Positions 26,471 to 39,125 of a stretch of DNA of 64,000 nt are shown piece after piece (positions within the stretch are counted from its first letter, which is position 1; every line of letters begins with the position of its first letter). The translations under genes were made by a program, and so were the position numbers. Location of the stretch: NCBI GenBank assembly GCA_013265495.1, contig MU058198.1:6153779-6217778 (forward strand). Reading direction: 5' to 3'. Below the pieces are notes generated by a model. The model made no database searches, had not been told where the DNA came from, and saw nothing but the letters and a program-made list of their open reading frames with translations. The DNA comes from Vicugna vicugna. Taxonomy: Eukaryota.

Positions 26471-28830
26471 AGGAGGAGGAGGGGGACACCTCCCTTGGGA
26501 GGGCAGTCATCACCCTCTGCCCCCTGCAAGGTGACAAAGCCGGGACCCAGCCTCCAGCGCTGTAAGCCCGGGTCTGGGCTCCTCACCAAGCACCATGCAG
26601 AGTTTCTTCGGGGGCCTTAAGTCTCTGGTGATTTATCACAGCCGTGAGCAGCCCCCCACCCTCAGGCCCTCCCCTTCAAGAGCAAAGGCTCCTCTGAGCA
26701 TGCAGTTTACAAATCCTCCCCCAGGCCGCCCTGGTGTCTTTGTAAGCACGCTCTCTGGCTGAACGAGTGTAAAATGTCAGCTCTATTGGCGTTAAAAAAA
26801 CATTCTTCTGCCTCAGCTCGTGCCTCTGGGCCTTTCCCTTCCCCTGAGTGAATCAGTCTTTCCAGTTGAGCTTCCATGACCTGGATTTACAGCCCGAAAT
26901 GTTGGGCCCAAGAGCCCCTGCTTCCCGGGTCTGGCCCCCACCAGCCTTGGTGCCGGTGATGGGTGGCCACCATGGACTGGGGAGATGGGGAGATGGGCAC
27001 AGTCTGAGAGGGCAGATCCCAGGGTGCAGTGTGATGGAAACTCTGGCCTCTCCCTCCCCAGGAAAGTGCATCGCATGCCTGCCCGACGGTGTGCTTCTGG
27101 GTACCTGGCTACCAGCCCCTGGCATGTGGTTAGAGCCAGGCCTGGCACTCCGGGAAATGAGCTTCACATCCCTCCAGCGTGTCCTTGGGCAAGTTGCTTA
27201 GTCTCTGAATTCCAGTTGCCTTAGCTATAAGGTGGAGGTGATAATAAAAGCCCCCTCTGAGGGAATGAACAGAAGCCTGGGGAAGTCAGGGACGCTTCCT
27301 GGAGGGGGTGGTAGCCAAGAAGAGCAATAGGGCCCTCCTAGGCCTCTACTTTGCTCTGGCACCAGCTTCACTTCAGGTGGCTTTTCCCACAGGGCAAACC
27401 CCCACAGCTCGTGGCGTATGTCCTGCGGGCTCCAAGTCTAGCAGAAGAGAGAATCCCTCTTTCAAGGCGAGTCAGCCAAACCCCGGGAGCCATGCTGATT
27501 GTTCTGGTCGACTTCCAATTCTCTGAACCAATCATGTGGCCAGTGGATTATAGTTCTCCTTTTGCCCAGGCCTGGGTCACAGGTCCAGCCCTGGGGCCAG
27601 GCTAGGAATTAGCCTTGAAGAAAGCAGAGCAGAGGTGTAATGAGAGCTTGTGGATCTCCATATCCAGCCATGCCTGAAGTCAGCCCCTCTATACCTTTTT
27701 GGTTTATGCTTCCCGTGACTGACTGACTGATTTGGTGGTGGTGGTGGCGGTGGCGGGGGAGGAGGGCATGGATGGCCCTAAATGCTGAAGGAATGGAGGG
27801 TCCTGGGGCTACATATTTATTCACGAGACCCAGAACAGGGCCTCTTCCTTTCTGTGCAGAGAAGCGCCTCTGTGTCTCCCAGGGATGAAAGGCCACCAGT
27901 TGGGTCAGCAGCTGCTAACCATGAGGAGGGGGGAGGTGCCGAGAGCTGAGATTCCAAATGTGTGGTCAGAGGGAGGGTGCTGGCTTAGCGCCCCTCTCTG
28001 CTCACTCAGCACCCCCCTGACCCGGGGAAACAGCTGAGCCACCTCAGATGCTGCCACCAGGCTTTGACATTTACTGGGAGATTCCAACCATCTGGCTGAC
28101 AAAATCTGGCCTAGAACAGGGGGACACGTTGGCCCAAATAGAGTCCATTCAGCAAGCTCTCCATAAGCACCTAGTGTGTGCCGCACTCTGAGGTCTCCAG
28201 CTGGGGTCTCTGCCATCCAGGAAGGCCCAGAGACCGCCAAGGACACGGCTAGGGAGCACATGCCCTTAAAAGGATGAGCCAAGGGCTATGAGAAGGAAGA
28301 TCAGGAAGGGGCCCATTTCTGCCCAGGGTCAAGTGCTGGGAGAGGAGGCGATGTGTGAGCCAGGGTTTGGCGAAGGATCACTGACTTTGTGCCAGGCACT
28401 GTTCTGTTCTGGATACTTTATAGAACTCAGCTCATCCCTGACCCCATTAAACAGATGAGGAAGTTGAGGCACAGGGAGGTTAGGTAACTTGTACAGTACT
28501 CACGGTGGTTGTCGGAGCACCTGAGTCCATGTCCTTGATACCATGTCTCAGGTCACTGCAGCTGAGTGGAGCCAGAAAGGTCTCTACACGTCCACTGTGG
28601 TGGGGGCCTCACCTGCCTTGTCCCTTGCTGTCCGCACAGCGCCTGGCACGGAGTAGGGACGTCACTGAGACGTGGACCTCGGCCAGGTGGTTCTGGTCTA
28701 GGAGCAAGGCCTGGGGGCTCCGCGAAGGCTCTCTGTGGTACCGGCCAGCTGCCAGCAGCCAGGTCAGCGCTCAGCCTGCTCCCCACACCAGCTTCTTGTC
28801 TCCATGCATGTTATTTCTTTTGCTTGTTAG

Positions 28831-28988
28831 GCCAGAGTTGTCCACGTCTCCCTGGATGGCTTGTGCGTCTCCCCTCCCGAGGGCTTCCTCATCCGGAAGG
28901 GGCCAGGCAACTGCCACTTTGACTTTGCTCAAGAAATCCTCTTTGTGGACTACCTGCAGGCCCGACCGCTGCCCCAGCCAGCCCAGAG
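28831..28988 (+). CDS. KATNIP: KATNIP coding exon 7 (158 nt)
   Basis: Acceptor ttttgcttgttAG, donor AG|gtgagg; ARVVHVSLDGLCVSPPEGFLIRKGPGNCHFDFAQEILFVDYL; phase 0/2. Confidence 0.95.
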
Positions 28989-30489
28989 GTGAGGGAGGCG
29001 GCTTGTGTGTGGTCCCCACTCCCTGGCCCGCGGGGCGCTGGCTTTTGCCCAGGGCTCTGGTTTTCAAATGACGATCAAACGCGTTTCTTTTCAACTTGGC
29101 CGTTTTGTAAAGCTCAGCCAAGCTTCTCCGGAAGCCTGTGGGATGTACCCACCTTGTCTGGGGCTGTTTGGGTTTCTCCCAGTCTGGAGTGCTTGTGATT
29201 TTAAATGCTTCGTCGCGCTTCCTGCTGGGGAAAGAGGCTGCAGCCTGCCTCGGTTCCAGAAATGCCAACTAGCCAGTTCGGGGAAGGGCCTGCCTCCTCT
29301 TATTTCTGTCTTCCTGGTTTAGGAAGATTCAAAGAGAAAAATCGAGCCTAACGTTTCATGGATTCGCTGGGATTTCTTGACCCCAGTCTCAGCTGCATTA
29401 AGTTCATAACAATTTGTAAATGCCACGTTAGGTTTACTTATTTAAACCCCCTGATGTCCAAATACCAGAGGCCAAGCTCTCGGAACAAAATGAGTTTCGC
29501 TCCACTGTAGCTGGGTTCACGTCTTAGGCCAGATGCCGGGAAAAGTCACTTAATTACAGCATTGCCCTTGAAAGTGAAGAAAACCAAGCCAGGGCTGGAG
29601 GGCACTGGCTGTGGACCAGGGAGAGAAGCCCCGAGGGAGGAATCTGGAGGAGAGAGGCTTCCTCCTGCGCCTGCTCCGAGCCAGGTGCTTTGTATTCACT
29701 CTACAGGGAATCCTTCCAATATCCTTTGAAGCCAGTATTATGATGCCCATTTCACAGATGTGGGAACCGAGGCCCAGGCTAGTGAAGTGCTTGCTCAGGA
29801 TCTTGAAGCCAAAGCCTTCAGGGCTCTCCCTACCTCCCAGCCTCCTCTCCCTGCCCACCTCCTATCCCAACCTACCCTTCAGCCCATCTGGCTGTTTTCT
29901 GGGGCAAACACCCCTGCCCAGCGCCTCCCAACCTCAGGGCCTTTGCTCTGGATGCTCTTCAGTTTGGAAGGCTCAGCTCTGACTCTTCCCATGCTGCCTC
30001 CTCCTCAGCTCAGACATCGCTTCCCTGACCATCCACCTGGGAGGGGCTGCCCCCTCCCAGCACACCACCCCGCCGGCCCATCATGGGCCTCACTCAGCTC
30101 TCAGCACAGTGTGTAGTTGTTCAGGGAGGGGCTGAAGTAGAGGGGGAGGTTAAGAGAGTGGACCCCTGAACCAGACAACCTCCGGTCACTTCCCACTTCT
30201 GCCACTTCCCAGCTCTGTGAACTGGAGCAAGTGACTTCACTTCTCTGTGCTCCAGTTTCTTCACCCACCACCCAGGGATGTAAGAGTACCGACCTCCCAG
30301 GGCTGTTTAGAGGAATGGAAGAGTCTGTCTCAGTCAAACCTGAGGTGACGAGCCTCCCTTAGTAGATGGGACTCCACGTGACCAGAAGCTTGTCTGTCCT
30401 TCCCCCACTACCTCCCCGGGGGAGTAACTGACCAGCGACTCAGGCCATCGCCACCCTCTGCTTCCTGGTGCCGTTTTGTGTTTTTTCAG

Positions 30490-30554
30490 ACTGGACACGA
30501 AGAGCCTGGAGCGGGCAAGCATGGACTACGAGGCGCCCCTGATGCCTTGCGGCT
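30490..30554 (+). CDS. KATNIP: KATNIP coding exon 8 (65 nt)
   Basis: Acceptor ttttttcAG; (R)LDTKSLERASMDYEAPLMPCG; followed by U12-type donor GTATCCTCC; phase 2/1. Confidence 0.92.
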
Positions 30555-31746
30555 GTATCCTCCTCCTCCCGCCCACCCATCCCAGTCCCACTGGGGCCAC
30601 GCCCAGAACCCTGGGAGAGGGCCGGGCCCTGGCAGCCACCTTGCGGGCCCTGAGGTGGGGTCTGGGCCCCAGGTGCTGTCCGGAGTTTCAGGCAGGCCAC
30701 AGCCAAGGCAGCCCCATGCAGAGAGACTGAGGAAAGGATGGGCGGGCTCCCAGGTCCTCGGGGACACTGGGTGCTGCTGGGACTGGGGCAGCAACATGAG
30801 TTCCAGGCCCTGCCCCCAGGGGGTTGAGGTCGTAGGAGGCAGCACCAAGGACTCTAGCTGGGAGGGGCCAGAGAGGCTGGGACCAACCTGGGGGACTAGG
30901 CTGGGCGCTGTCCTGGGAACCAGGCAGGGAGGAGGTAAAGAGAGAAAGAATGATAGCTCAAATCTGCTGGACTCCTACTGCCACTTGGCACTGTTCGCAG
31001 TGGGTTGCCTGTATGAACCCACTGTATTAGCCCTGTGAGGTGGGTACTGCTAGCATCCCCATTTCACAGTTGAGAAAGCTGAGGCCCAGAGAGGTTAAGT
31101 AACTTGCTAGGCCACGTAGTGCTACTACTTGTCAGGCTTGCTGGCCTGCCTGCTCCTGGGAATGCTGGGAGCCAGTAGGGGACAGGGCTGGGAAAGGGCT
31201 GGATGCCCGGTTGTGTTTGTGGGACTCAGTCAGCAAAGGGGGTCACCCTGCCTCAGCCTATCCTCCCAACGATGCGATGCTCCCGCATCCCCTCTCCCCA
31301 CTCATCCTCTGCACACTTGACATGGGCAGAGGAGGGAACAGGCACTCTGTTCTTGTCATTTTACAACCAGGGAAACTGAGACATGAGACCCTTTGAGGTC
31401 CAGTCACTGTTGGGCACCATATACTGAGTTTGTGACAAAATGCTTCCATCCTTCGTGCTCCCTGGAGAGCACCCCACCCTGCCCCCATCCTCCTGTCTCC
31501 TGGGGCCTGGCGGAGGCTTTTGAATTCTTAAAACACATACACACATCCATATGCAGTTTAAATTAAAGAAAATCTGATTCCACATACAATCCTGATTAAA
31601 CTGCAGTCTCAAAGAAAACAAAAATCTTTTTTTCTCTTGTTCATCTCCATAAACCAAAAAACTATATATGTCCTTGTTATCCTTGTGATTGTTTTCCTTT
31701 ATTCTCCAGAAAATTAAGCCTGTTTTTCCTTAATCATATGTTCCAG
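30555..31746 (+). other. KATNIP: U12-type (minor spliceosome) GT-AG intron
   Basis: 5' splice site GTATCCTCC; branch site TTCCTTAAT at 31726-31734, 12 nt before the end of the terminal AG. Confidence 0.85.
30960..31120. mobile_element. MIR SINE inside the first U12 intron
   Basis: ccctgtgaggtgggtact...ccccatttcacag...gaggcccagagaggttaagtaacttgc. Confidence 0.7.
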
Positions 31747-31857
31747 TCATTTTCCAGTTTCAGCTCCTGACCAGCTGGGGTGACCCCTATTACATCGGTC
31801 TGACCGGCCTGGAGCTGTATGATGAGCGGGGAGAGAAAATCCGTCTGTCGGAAAACA
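31747..31857 (+). CDS. KATNIP: KATNIP coding exon 9 (111 nt; not in the ORF track)
   Basis: (F)IFQFQLLTSWGDPYYIGLTGLELYDERGEKIRLSEN; flanked by U12 signals on both sides; phase 1/1. Confidence 0.94.
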
Positions 31858-32119
31858 GTATCCTTTCTAGTTCCACCCAGACTGCAGGGAGCTTGGGAGG
31901 GTCAGGGAAAGGAGCAGAATTTTTTTTAATATAGAGGGAAATATCCCTGTAGGAACCAGCCCCAAGAGATTAAAGATGCCACTGAGCTCTATTTATGGTC
32001 AGATGTGACCTTTGCAAAACAGAGCAGCTCTCAGGCGTGCCTGCCAAGACAGCCATAAAACAAAGAGTCCTGCGGCCCAGGGATTTGGGAGGGGCTGCCA
32101 ACTGCAGAAAACCACAGAC

Positions 32120-32220
32120 ACTCAGAGTTCTAAAGGCTCTGACAAGGCCTGCAGGGAGCAATCTGTTGCACTGTGTTCAACCCAGTGCATCCTGAATGTA
32201 TTGACCATGGAACACTTTGT
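32120..32220. mobile_element. MER103C-like hAT remnant
   Basis: taaaggctctgacaaggcctgcag...ttcaacccagtg...ttgaccatggaac resembles the recalled consensus. Confidence 0.45.
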
Positions 32221-32259
32221 TCACAGACCAACAGCAAAATTTGCAAACTGTGAGCCCAG

Positions 32260-32400
32260 TGAGTTTTTAAATATTTTGAGTTAGTGGCTAATACTGTTTA
32301 AAAATCAGGAGGTTTCCAATGAAAATCCCGATCTTCAGCTTCTCTTGAGAAATTGGCAGTGCCCTTCATAGTGACAGTGGCTGGACCTGAGTATTCACTG
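32260..32400. mobile_element. MER102-like remnant (opposite orientation)
   Basis: ttttgagttagtggctaa...aaaaatcaggaggttt...cagcttctcttgagaaa. Confidence 0.55.
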
Positions 32401-33630
32401 CCCTTTTTCCCCAAGCGCATCCCACTAGTTATCTCAGTGCCCCCTCCTCTCTGTTATCTCCCAGGCTCCAGAAACACAGTGTTAATATTCACTGAGGCTC
32501 ACTCTGTTAGAGGGCTTGTCCCAAGTGCCTCATTCGCCCTCCCAACAACCTTGGGAAGTGAGTGTTGTTAGCCTCCTTTTATAGGTGAGGAACCGAGACA
32601 CAGAAAGGTTGAGTAACTTACCTAAGGTTGCACAGCCAGTGAGTGGTAGAGCTGGGAGTCTGGCTCCAAAAACCATGCTCTTGACCACGGGGCTGTCCTG
32701 CCTCTCTTTGACGTAACCTGCCTGACCCCTCTAGGTGCTTGATCTGTGATTCCTGACACACCAGTTAGGGAGCTGCCAGAGCAGGTCCAACCCCAAGGCC
32801 TGTCTTGTATCTCCTTGGGGTCCCTGGGTTCCAACTGGATCCTTTTCTGCCTTTGTCTGGTGACACCATCCTCCTCACCTGGGATAAAGGATTCTGGGTA
32901 GTTTGGATCATTATTTGTGACTCCTTGTATAAGGATGTATAAGGCTTCATCAGTTTTACCCGAACACTCTCACATCCAGTGTCCTCTGAGATCTTCGTAT
33001 CAATTCTGGGACATAGAGATGTGTATTTCCATTTTACAGATGAGGAAACAGGCCCCAGGATGTCCCGTGACTGGCCCCAAATCTCATAGGTCAGAATGGC
33101 AGAGCCGGAGCTGAAACCAGTTCCTCTAGATCCACATTAATGCCTGTCAGTTGAGTAGCAATTGCTGGGCCAGTCTCCCCCATCCTTCCAGTATCAGTAG
33201 GGTCCTAACACGCCAAGGCAGAATCCAGCCATGACCCCATCCCCTAGCAAAGGAAAACCTTCTTCTCCGAGTTCTGCCCTCCACTCTCCAAAGCAGTAGC
33301 AACACTTTTTATTCCTACCTCCAGCAGTTCCATGAAACCCATCTGTTTTCGGCCTGCTCTCTGCTTGGTTTCCCCCCTTTCCTCGAAACTGGCCACCCCT
33401 CCACTCTCACCCCCTGCTGCCTTCGACTTCCAAGCTCTCATTTTCCCCAGAACATGTCGAATTTGGCTGTCACTCCTCCAGCTGCCCAGAGCAACAGACA
33501 GCCGCTCTGCCCGCCAGCCCCAGTGTCCCCCGAGCCACACAGTCAGCGTGATAGGGGCTGGTGGCCAGGAGAGTGGCCTGCGGTGCCAAGCATGCTGCTT
33601 TGGGTTATGACAACTTAGCGACGTCCTCAG

Positions 33631-33770
33631 ATATCGCTGCCTTCCCTGACAGCGTCAACTCCCTAGAGGGCGTGTGTGGAGACGTCCGGACCCCCGACAA
33701 GCTCATCGACCAAGTGAACGACACAGATGACGGCAGGCACATGTGGCTGGCCCCCATCCTGCCCGGTCTG
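33631..33770 (+). CDS. KATNIP: KATNIP coding exon 10 (140 nt)
   Basis: Acceptor gtcctcAG, donor CTG|gtaggt; (N)IAAFPDSVNSLEGVCGDVRTPDKLIDQVNDTDDGRHMWLAPILPGL; phase 1/0. Confidence 0.94.
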
Positions 33771-35671
33771 GTAGGTTCTGGAGGCTCCCCGTCCTGGGGT
33801 GGCGGGTGGGGAGGGCTTTCTGTCCCCGGCCTCGATGACACACCTTTCTTCCCGGCCAGGTTAATCTAGAACAAATCAAAGTGCCCAGGGGCTTCCAGGA
33901 TGGTGGGTCTTTGCTAACACATCTGATGGGGTGGCTCTTCAGGGCTGGGGCTCTTATCCTTTGCTCTGGGGTTGCTTGTGATAAGGCGACACCAGGGGAA
34001 TAAAGGGCTACATGGGACTGAGACCAGAGGCCCAGAGCAGCAGGCCTGGGGGACTGGGCATCCATCTATCCCTGCAAACATCCCTCTCTGGTTCTCTTTT
34101 CTGCTTCTGCTGCTCTCTGCAGAGTCCACTCTGTCCTCCTTCTCCCATTCCTGGCCTTTCCACATTCACTGCCTCTGCTCCTTTCTTATGTCCCTGGGCC
34201 CTTGACCCCAACTGCGCTCTCTCTCTGGCCTCAGAGCTGCCTAAGCTCTTCCAGCCAACGGACTCAGTCTCCCAGACCTCACACTCTACAACTGGTCCTG
34301 CTTATGTTTTGATTCAAGGCCTGATAGCGAACCTAGGGGTGGGCCTTTGTCCACTGGTGCCTGGTGGTAGAGAGGGAGGCAAGAGGCCAGGAGGCGGGAG
34401 GGGTGGGTTAGCACCCATGGGGCCAGATGCCCAGACAGATGTGCAGCTGGGGCCGGGGCATCCACCTGGGTGACCACTGAGGCGCCCCCTTTTCCACTCC
34501 ATGTGATTGGGCAGGAGGGTAAGGGGGTACATTTTCCTCTCAAAACACTCATGGGAAGGGGCAGCACCCCTGCAGTGGTCCATTAGTCTCCCTTGAGCAG
34601 AGGTTAACCCCTCAGCCCCAGCCCCACCACTGCAAAGGGGAAACACAGAGATCTGTCAGCCCTCAGACCTGGGGCTGCCAACTGGTGGCCCCCTAGCCAG
34701 TCCAGCCTGCTGCCATCTTGACCTTGGCCAGCTGGCACTTGCCATCATCTCTGACCTGAGCACCCTTGGGTGTGGGGCAGTTTCTCCATCTGTCCCTCTC
34801 CTCCTGGCAGGACTCAAACATTTGTGTCGGGTTGAACCCTGTGGGCAACCGAGTTTGAGAACCCTCGACTAGACCTTCTTATTTCCTTGGTACAAGCAGA
34901 AGGCTGACGCCTCCCATACCCACTAGGCCCTCCTCGGGTGTTCTAAAGATGGCCACAGGCTGAGATCCAGGGCCCCGGGCAAAACTAAGCCTGCAGCCTG
35001 TGACCAACACTGAATTCTTTTTGCTTGATTCTCTCTTGCAAGGGGCCCCCTAATATTTGATTCTTTGTTGGGGATGGGGAGCTGTTGGAGGCTTTGGGGT
35101 CCCACTTTACTAGCTGATTCTGCCACTAATCAGGACCATCCCCTCCCATTTCCCCAGCAGAAGTTCAAAGACATACACTGAAAATTACCCAGCGGTGCCT
35201 CCAAGACCAGTTGCTGTGCTTTTCATTTATGATTCAGGGAAAGGACAAACAGGGGTCAAGGCTGTGCTGATTGCCAGGAGGCAGTGCCTCTTGACTCTGG
35301 AATTGAGGACTGTCCTCTTGGCCCCTGGAGCCCCAGACTGTGTTTCTGGGCCTGACCTGGGCGACAGGGAAGGGCGCACTCAATTCTCGGCGGGCATTTG
35401 AAGGGGGGCCACGCCAGGCCCAGAAAACAGGCCCTTCAACAGCCAGCTCAGCGGGTTTGCTGCAAACGCAGCCACACGTGACCTGACTCAAGATGGGCTT
35501 CGAGGAGATGAAAGCCGGCGGGAACCCCCTCCACCCGCCCGCATCGCGGCCCCCAGCAGCCCGGGCTGGCCGGCGGGCAGGCGCCGCCTGTGATGCCCAC
35601 CGGGCTCACGCCGGCCCAGCACAGTGCCTCTGTTTCCAAACATGCCTGTTTTAATTAGTTCTTCGCTCTGA

Positions 35672-35788
<117 letters not shown>

Positions 35789-36334
35789 TAGCTGCATTTT
35801 TTGAGATAATTATGCTTGTTGGTAATTAGGCTGCCGGCAATTATCATTTGTCACAGTTTGATGTACTTCTCTCTGCTGCGACCTTAGACACACATGCCTA
35901 GTCCTCAGAGGCAGGGAAATTTGCCATCCAACCGTGAATTCAAAACCTCCACCGAATGATTTGAATCATCATCCCGAAAAAAACAGAAAGTGGCTTTTCT
36001 TCTCAAATCATACTGGTTTAGGGAGTTCTTCAAGCCGGGAGGTGACTCAGGGGCAGGGAGAGAGGGGGCCCTGGGGGACCAGAGACCTGAGTTTGCCTCC
36101 CAGTCTGCCACGTGGGCCAAAGGCATTGGAGCCCTGTGACCCCAGTCTCCTCACCTACAGTGTGAGGCTAGTCCAGGTGCCTTTCCCGGTCGTCGTGAAG
36201 ATTTGAAATCATAACATAGGTCAGGCACCTAGTCAGCCAGGTTCTGAGCAGTGATGCACTTTGCCTGAGGTCACATGTAGGAAGGAGGGCGGGGGGTGGG
36301 ACCACATGCTGCAGCCCCTCCTCTGTCTGTCCAG

Positions 36335-36495
36335 CTCCTGGTGGACGACTTACTCGTGTACAATGGGATCCTGGCTATGGTGGGCCACCTGGTTGGGGGC
36401 ATCCTGCCCACGTGTGAGCCCACGGTGCCCTACCACACCATCCTCTTCACTGAGGACACGGACATCTGTCACCAGGAGAAGCACACGGCCATCAG
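36335..36495 (+). CDS. KATNIP: KATNIP coding exon 12 (161 nt)
   Basis: Acceptor ctgtctgtccAG, donor AG|gtacac; [41 protein letters not shown]; phase 0/2. Confidence 0.95.
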
Positions 36496-36608
36496 GTACA
36501 CCCCAAGTCTGCCGCCCATGACTTCCCCAACCAGCCCGAATAGGGGTGAATGGCGGGGGTACATGGCCAGGAGCCTGACTGAACCTTCCAGCTTCTGCCT
36601 CCCTGCAG

Positions 36609-36697
36609 TAATCAGGTGGAGGATCAGGACGTCCAGATGATGAATGAAAACCAAATCATTACCAACTCTAAAAGGAAGCAGAGTGCAGTTGACCCAG
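36609..36697 (+). CDS. KATNIP: KATNIP coding exon 13 (89 nt)
   Basis: Acceptor cctccctgcAG, donor CAG|gtcagt; (S)[29 protein letters not shown]; phase 2/1. Confidence 0.94.
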
Positions 36698-37236
36698 GTC
36701 AGTTTCCTTCTCTGCCCAGAGTATCCCCCAGTTGGAGTCTGCTTGGAACAGAGACCGAGCTGCTCGCTTCACATGCCATCTCTCGCTCCTGCCGGCCCTC
36801 AGACCCCTCTTTTCCACCCAGAAGCCTGCCCAGGGGCTGCAGAGGGGCTGATGGTGGCAGAACCCAGGGAGCAACATTGTGTGCTTCCCGGAAGCCAGGC
36901 CTTGTGGGTACAGAGGGAAGAGGGCCTGCAAAATGCAGAAGTGCAGTATCAAAAGGGTTGCCCTGGGCCATGGGAAACCAGGAGAGGTTGCGCAGCTCGA
37001 GGGCTTCCCGGCAGAGGGATGTTTGAGCTGGATCCTAAAAGATGCACAGGGTTGGGCAGGCAGAGGGACCCGTGTGGCCAAGCCTGCTCTGAGCCCGAGG
37101 CTGCTGCGACCAGCGGCTGGATCTCCAAGGCCTTGAATGGCAACCCAGGCAGCCTGGATTCCACCCCGAGGACATGGGCAGCCCTCAAGGATGGTGACCC
37201 GGTAACACTGCTTTCTCTGTGCTCTTCCTTTGACAG

Positions 37237-37295
37237 CCTTGCGCCCCAAAACCTGCATAAGTGAGAAGGAGGCAGCGAGACGGTGGCGGTGTTGA
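37237..37295 (+). CDS. KATNIP: KATNIP terminal coding exon, stop TGA at 37293-37295
   Basis: Acceptor cttcctttgacAG; (A)LRPKTCISEKEAARRWRC*; resembles the recalled KIAA0556 C-terminus ALRPKTCISEKE. Confidence 0.93.
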
Positions 37296-39125
37296 CTGGC
37301 CAAGGAGAAGGAGCTGGTCCTCAGTCAGGGTGGGGCTCCGCCACTGGCCCCCACTTGGCACCCATGTCCCCCGCCCTCAGGCCTCCGTGTTGGCAGCCCA
37401 CACCTCAGGGGCAGGATGGGAATTGCAGCGTGGAGGGGGATTGGTGGGGAGAAAGGACTCACAGGGGGACAGCCCTGGGAAATGCCCGAGTTTCAGGCAG
37501 GAGGAGGAAGGGATGTAGTGTGGCCTTCCACTGTCCCCTGCAGTTCTGGGGCCACTGCAAGGGGCCCGGGGGAACACCTGGCTCAGTGCCTCTCTGGTGA
37601 GATCCAGCAAAGCAGGGCCCACATCCGGTCAGGCCTGTCATGGGGCCCGTGGGCTGGGTCTGACTCCAGGCAGACAGTGAGGTGGACTGGGAGCCCCCCG
37701 TCAGCCTTCCCAGAGCCTGGAGCATGGCTGAACAGGGTGGGAGGAGACCAGGCCTCAAACACCCACACCAGTAGGCATGAGACCCTGCCTTCAGAGGCCC
37801 AAGCTGAAGTGCCAGCACCCCCCCTCCCCACCACCCTCACCACCACATCCCTGCCTCACCTGGGGGCGGGTGCAGCTGGCTGAGAGGGTGGTATTTTCCA
37901 CTGGATCCACAGATGTCTGACCAGGCTACAACCCCCTCCCTCATCCGGGGTCCCGCCCAGGCCCAGTTGAGAAGGAGGGATCCCCTCAGGGGCATTAGTC
38001 CTGCAGGGCCTCCGTCCTCTGGTCAAGCCTGAGAAGGACTCGGTCAAGGGCATGTGTCCCGCTGAGGAGCAGAGGCAGCTGAACCACCCGCTGCTCAGAG
38101 CTGGCCCCACCCGCGCATGTGGGCGCCCGTCTCTGAGGTACGGCCAGGCCCAGATAGGATAGGTGGGCAGCTTCAGACCCCAGAGGGCCAGGAGGGCCCA
38201 TCCAGATGCCCTCTGGATGCAGGGCTGGGGGGACAGAGGACCAGTGCCACAGCCAACCTCCCCTTCCCACCTGACCTAGTCTGGAGGGCAGTGGCCCGCA
38301 CTATACTCCCTGCAGCGTCCCTTCGGGCTGATCCAGGCTTTTCTAGCTTGCTGTGTGCCCTGGGAGTCTGGCCCCCACCCCTTCTCCCTCTTCCAGTCAG
38401 CTTCCCAGCAAGTTGGAAACATGCCTTGCATCCCCTGCCGCGTGAAGCCCAGAACGCATCTACTTCCATCTGTAGAACAAGCTCAGATCCGGGGCCTAAT
38501 GGGTTTCCCAGTGCTGGGTAATTTCTCATTCCAAATATTAATCCCCTGTTTTCCTGGCGCCCAGCCCAGCCCCACCGTGGTACTGTACTCAAAGAACGTT
38601 CCTATGGAACTGAGAGCCCCGGAAAATACTTTATGAGCCTTGCAGCTTCAGCCAAGCAGCCTTGCAAATACGCTTTTCATTTGGAGCACGGGGCAGATGT
38701 GAAGATAAGAATTTGTTTCTCCCAGAGAAGATCCATCATTTCTGTAGCTTCTGAGCCCCCAGCTTTTCGGCTTCTCTACTCACCTCCCAGATGTAGCAAG
38801 CGTCTCCTGGCTCCCAGGAGAGCTGACGCCTGGAGCAGCCCGGGGCGCTAATCGAACCAGCTTTCAGTGACCAAAACCAGTGCTGTAGCTTTAAGGGGAG
38901 CCCAGCCTTCCTTCCCCACCCGAGGCGTGTGTGCAGGTCAGACGTGTCAGGGAGTTTGCAGGAACACCACATACACTTGCTCCAGGAATCTCAGTTGATG
39001 TTTATAATAATTGTATGTACCGTGCAATTTAGGAGTGGGACAAAAAGCTGTACAGGCATTAACTCTAAAATAAATTTCTATTTTTTTTCTCTTGCAAGAT
39101 CAATAAAAGATGTTAATTAAGAATG
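37296..39125 (+). other. KATNIP: KATNIP 3'UTR (3' end approximate)
   Basis: Largely repeat-free sequence between the stop codon and the AATAAA pair. Confidence 0.7.
39069..39107 (+). terminator. KATNIP: KATNIP polyadenylation signals (AATAAA at 39069-39074 and 39102-39107)
   Basis: Two canonical hexamers in an AT-rich patch, upstream TGTA motifs (~39012-39052), T-rich or GT-rich sequence downstream. Confidence 0.75.

Larger units (their letters stand above)
31858..33630 (+). other. KATNIP: U12-type (minor spliceosome) GT-AG intron
   Basis: Perfect U12 donor GTATCCTTT; acceptor lacks a long pyrimidine tract; degenerate branch-like ACTTAGC at 33613-33619. Confidence 0.82.

Noticed and set aside
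36644..37303. ~200-aa ORFs on both strands over the last KATNIP intron
   Set aside because: Expected by chance in GC-rich DNA; the spliced KATNIP frame explains the coding signal
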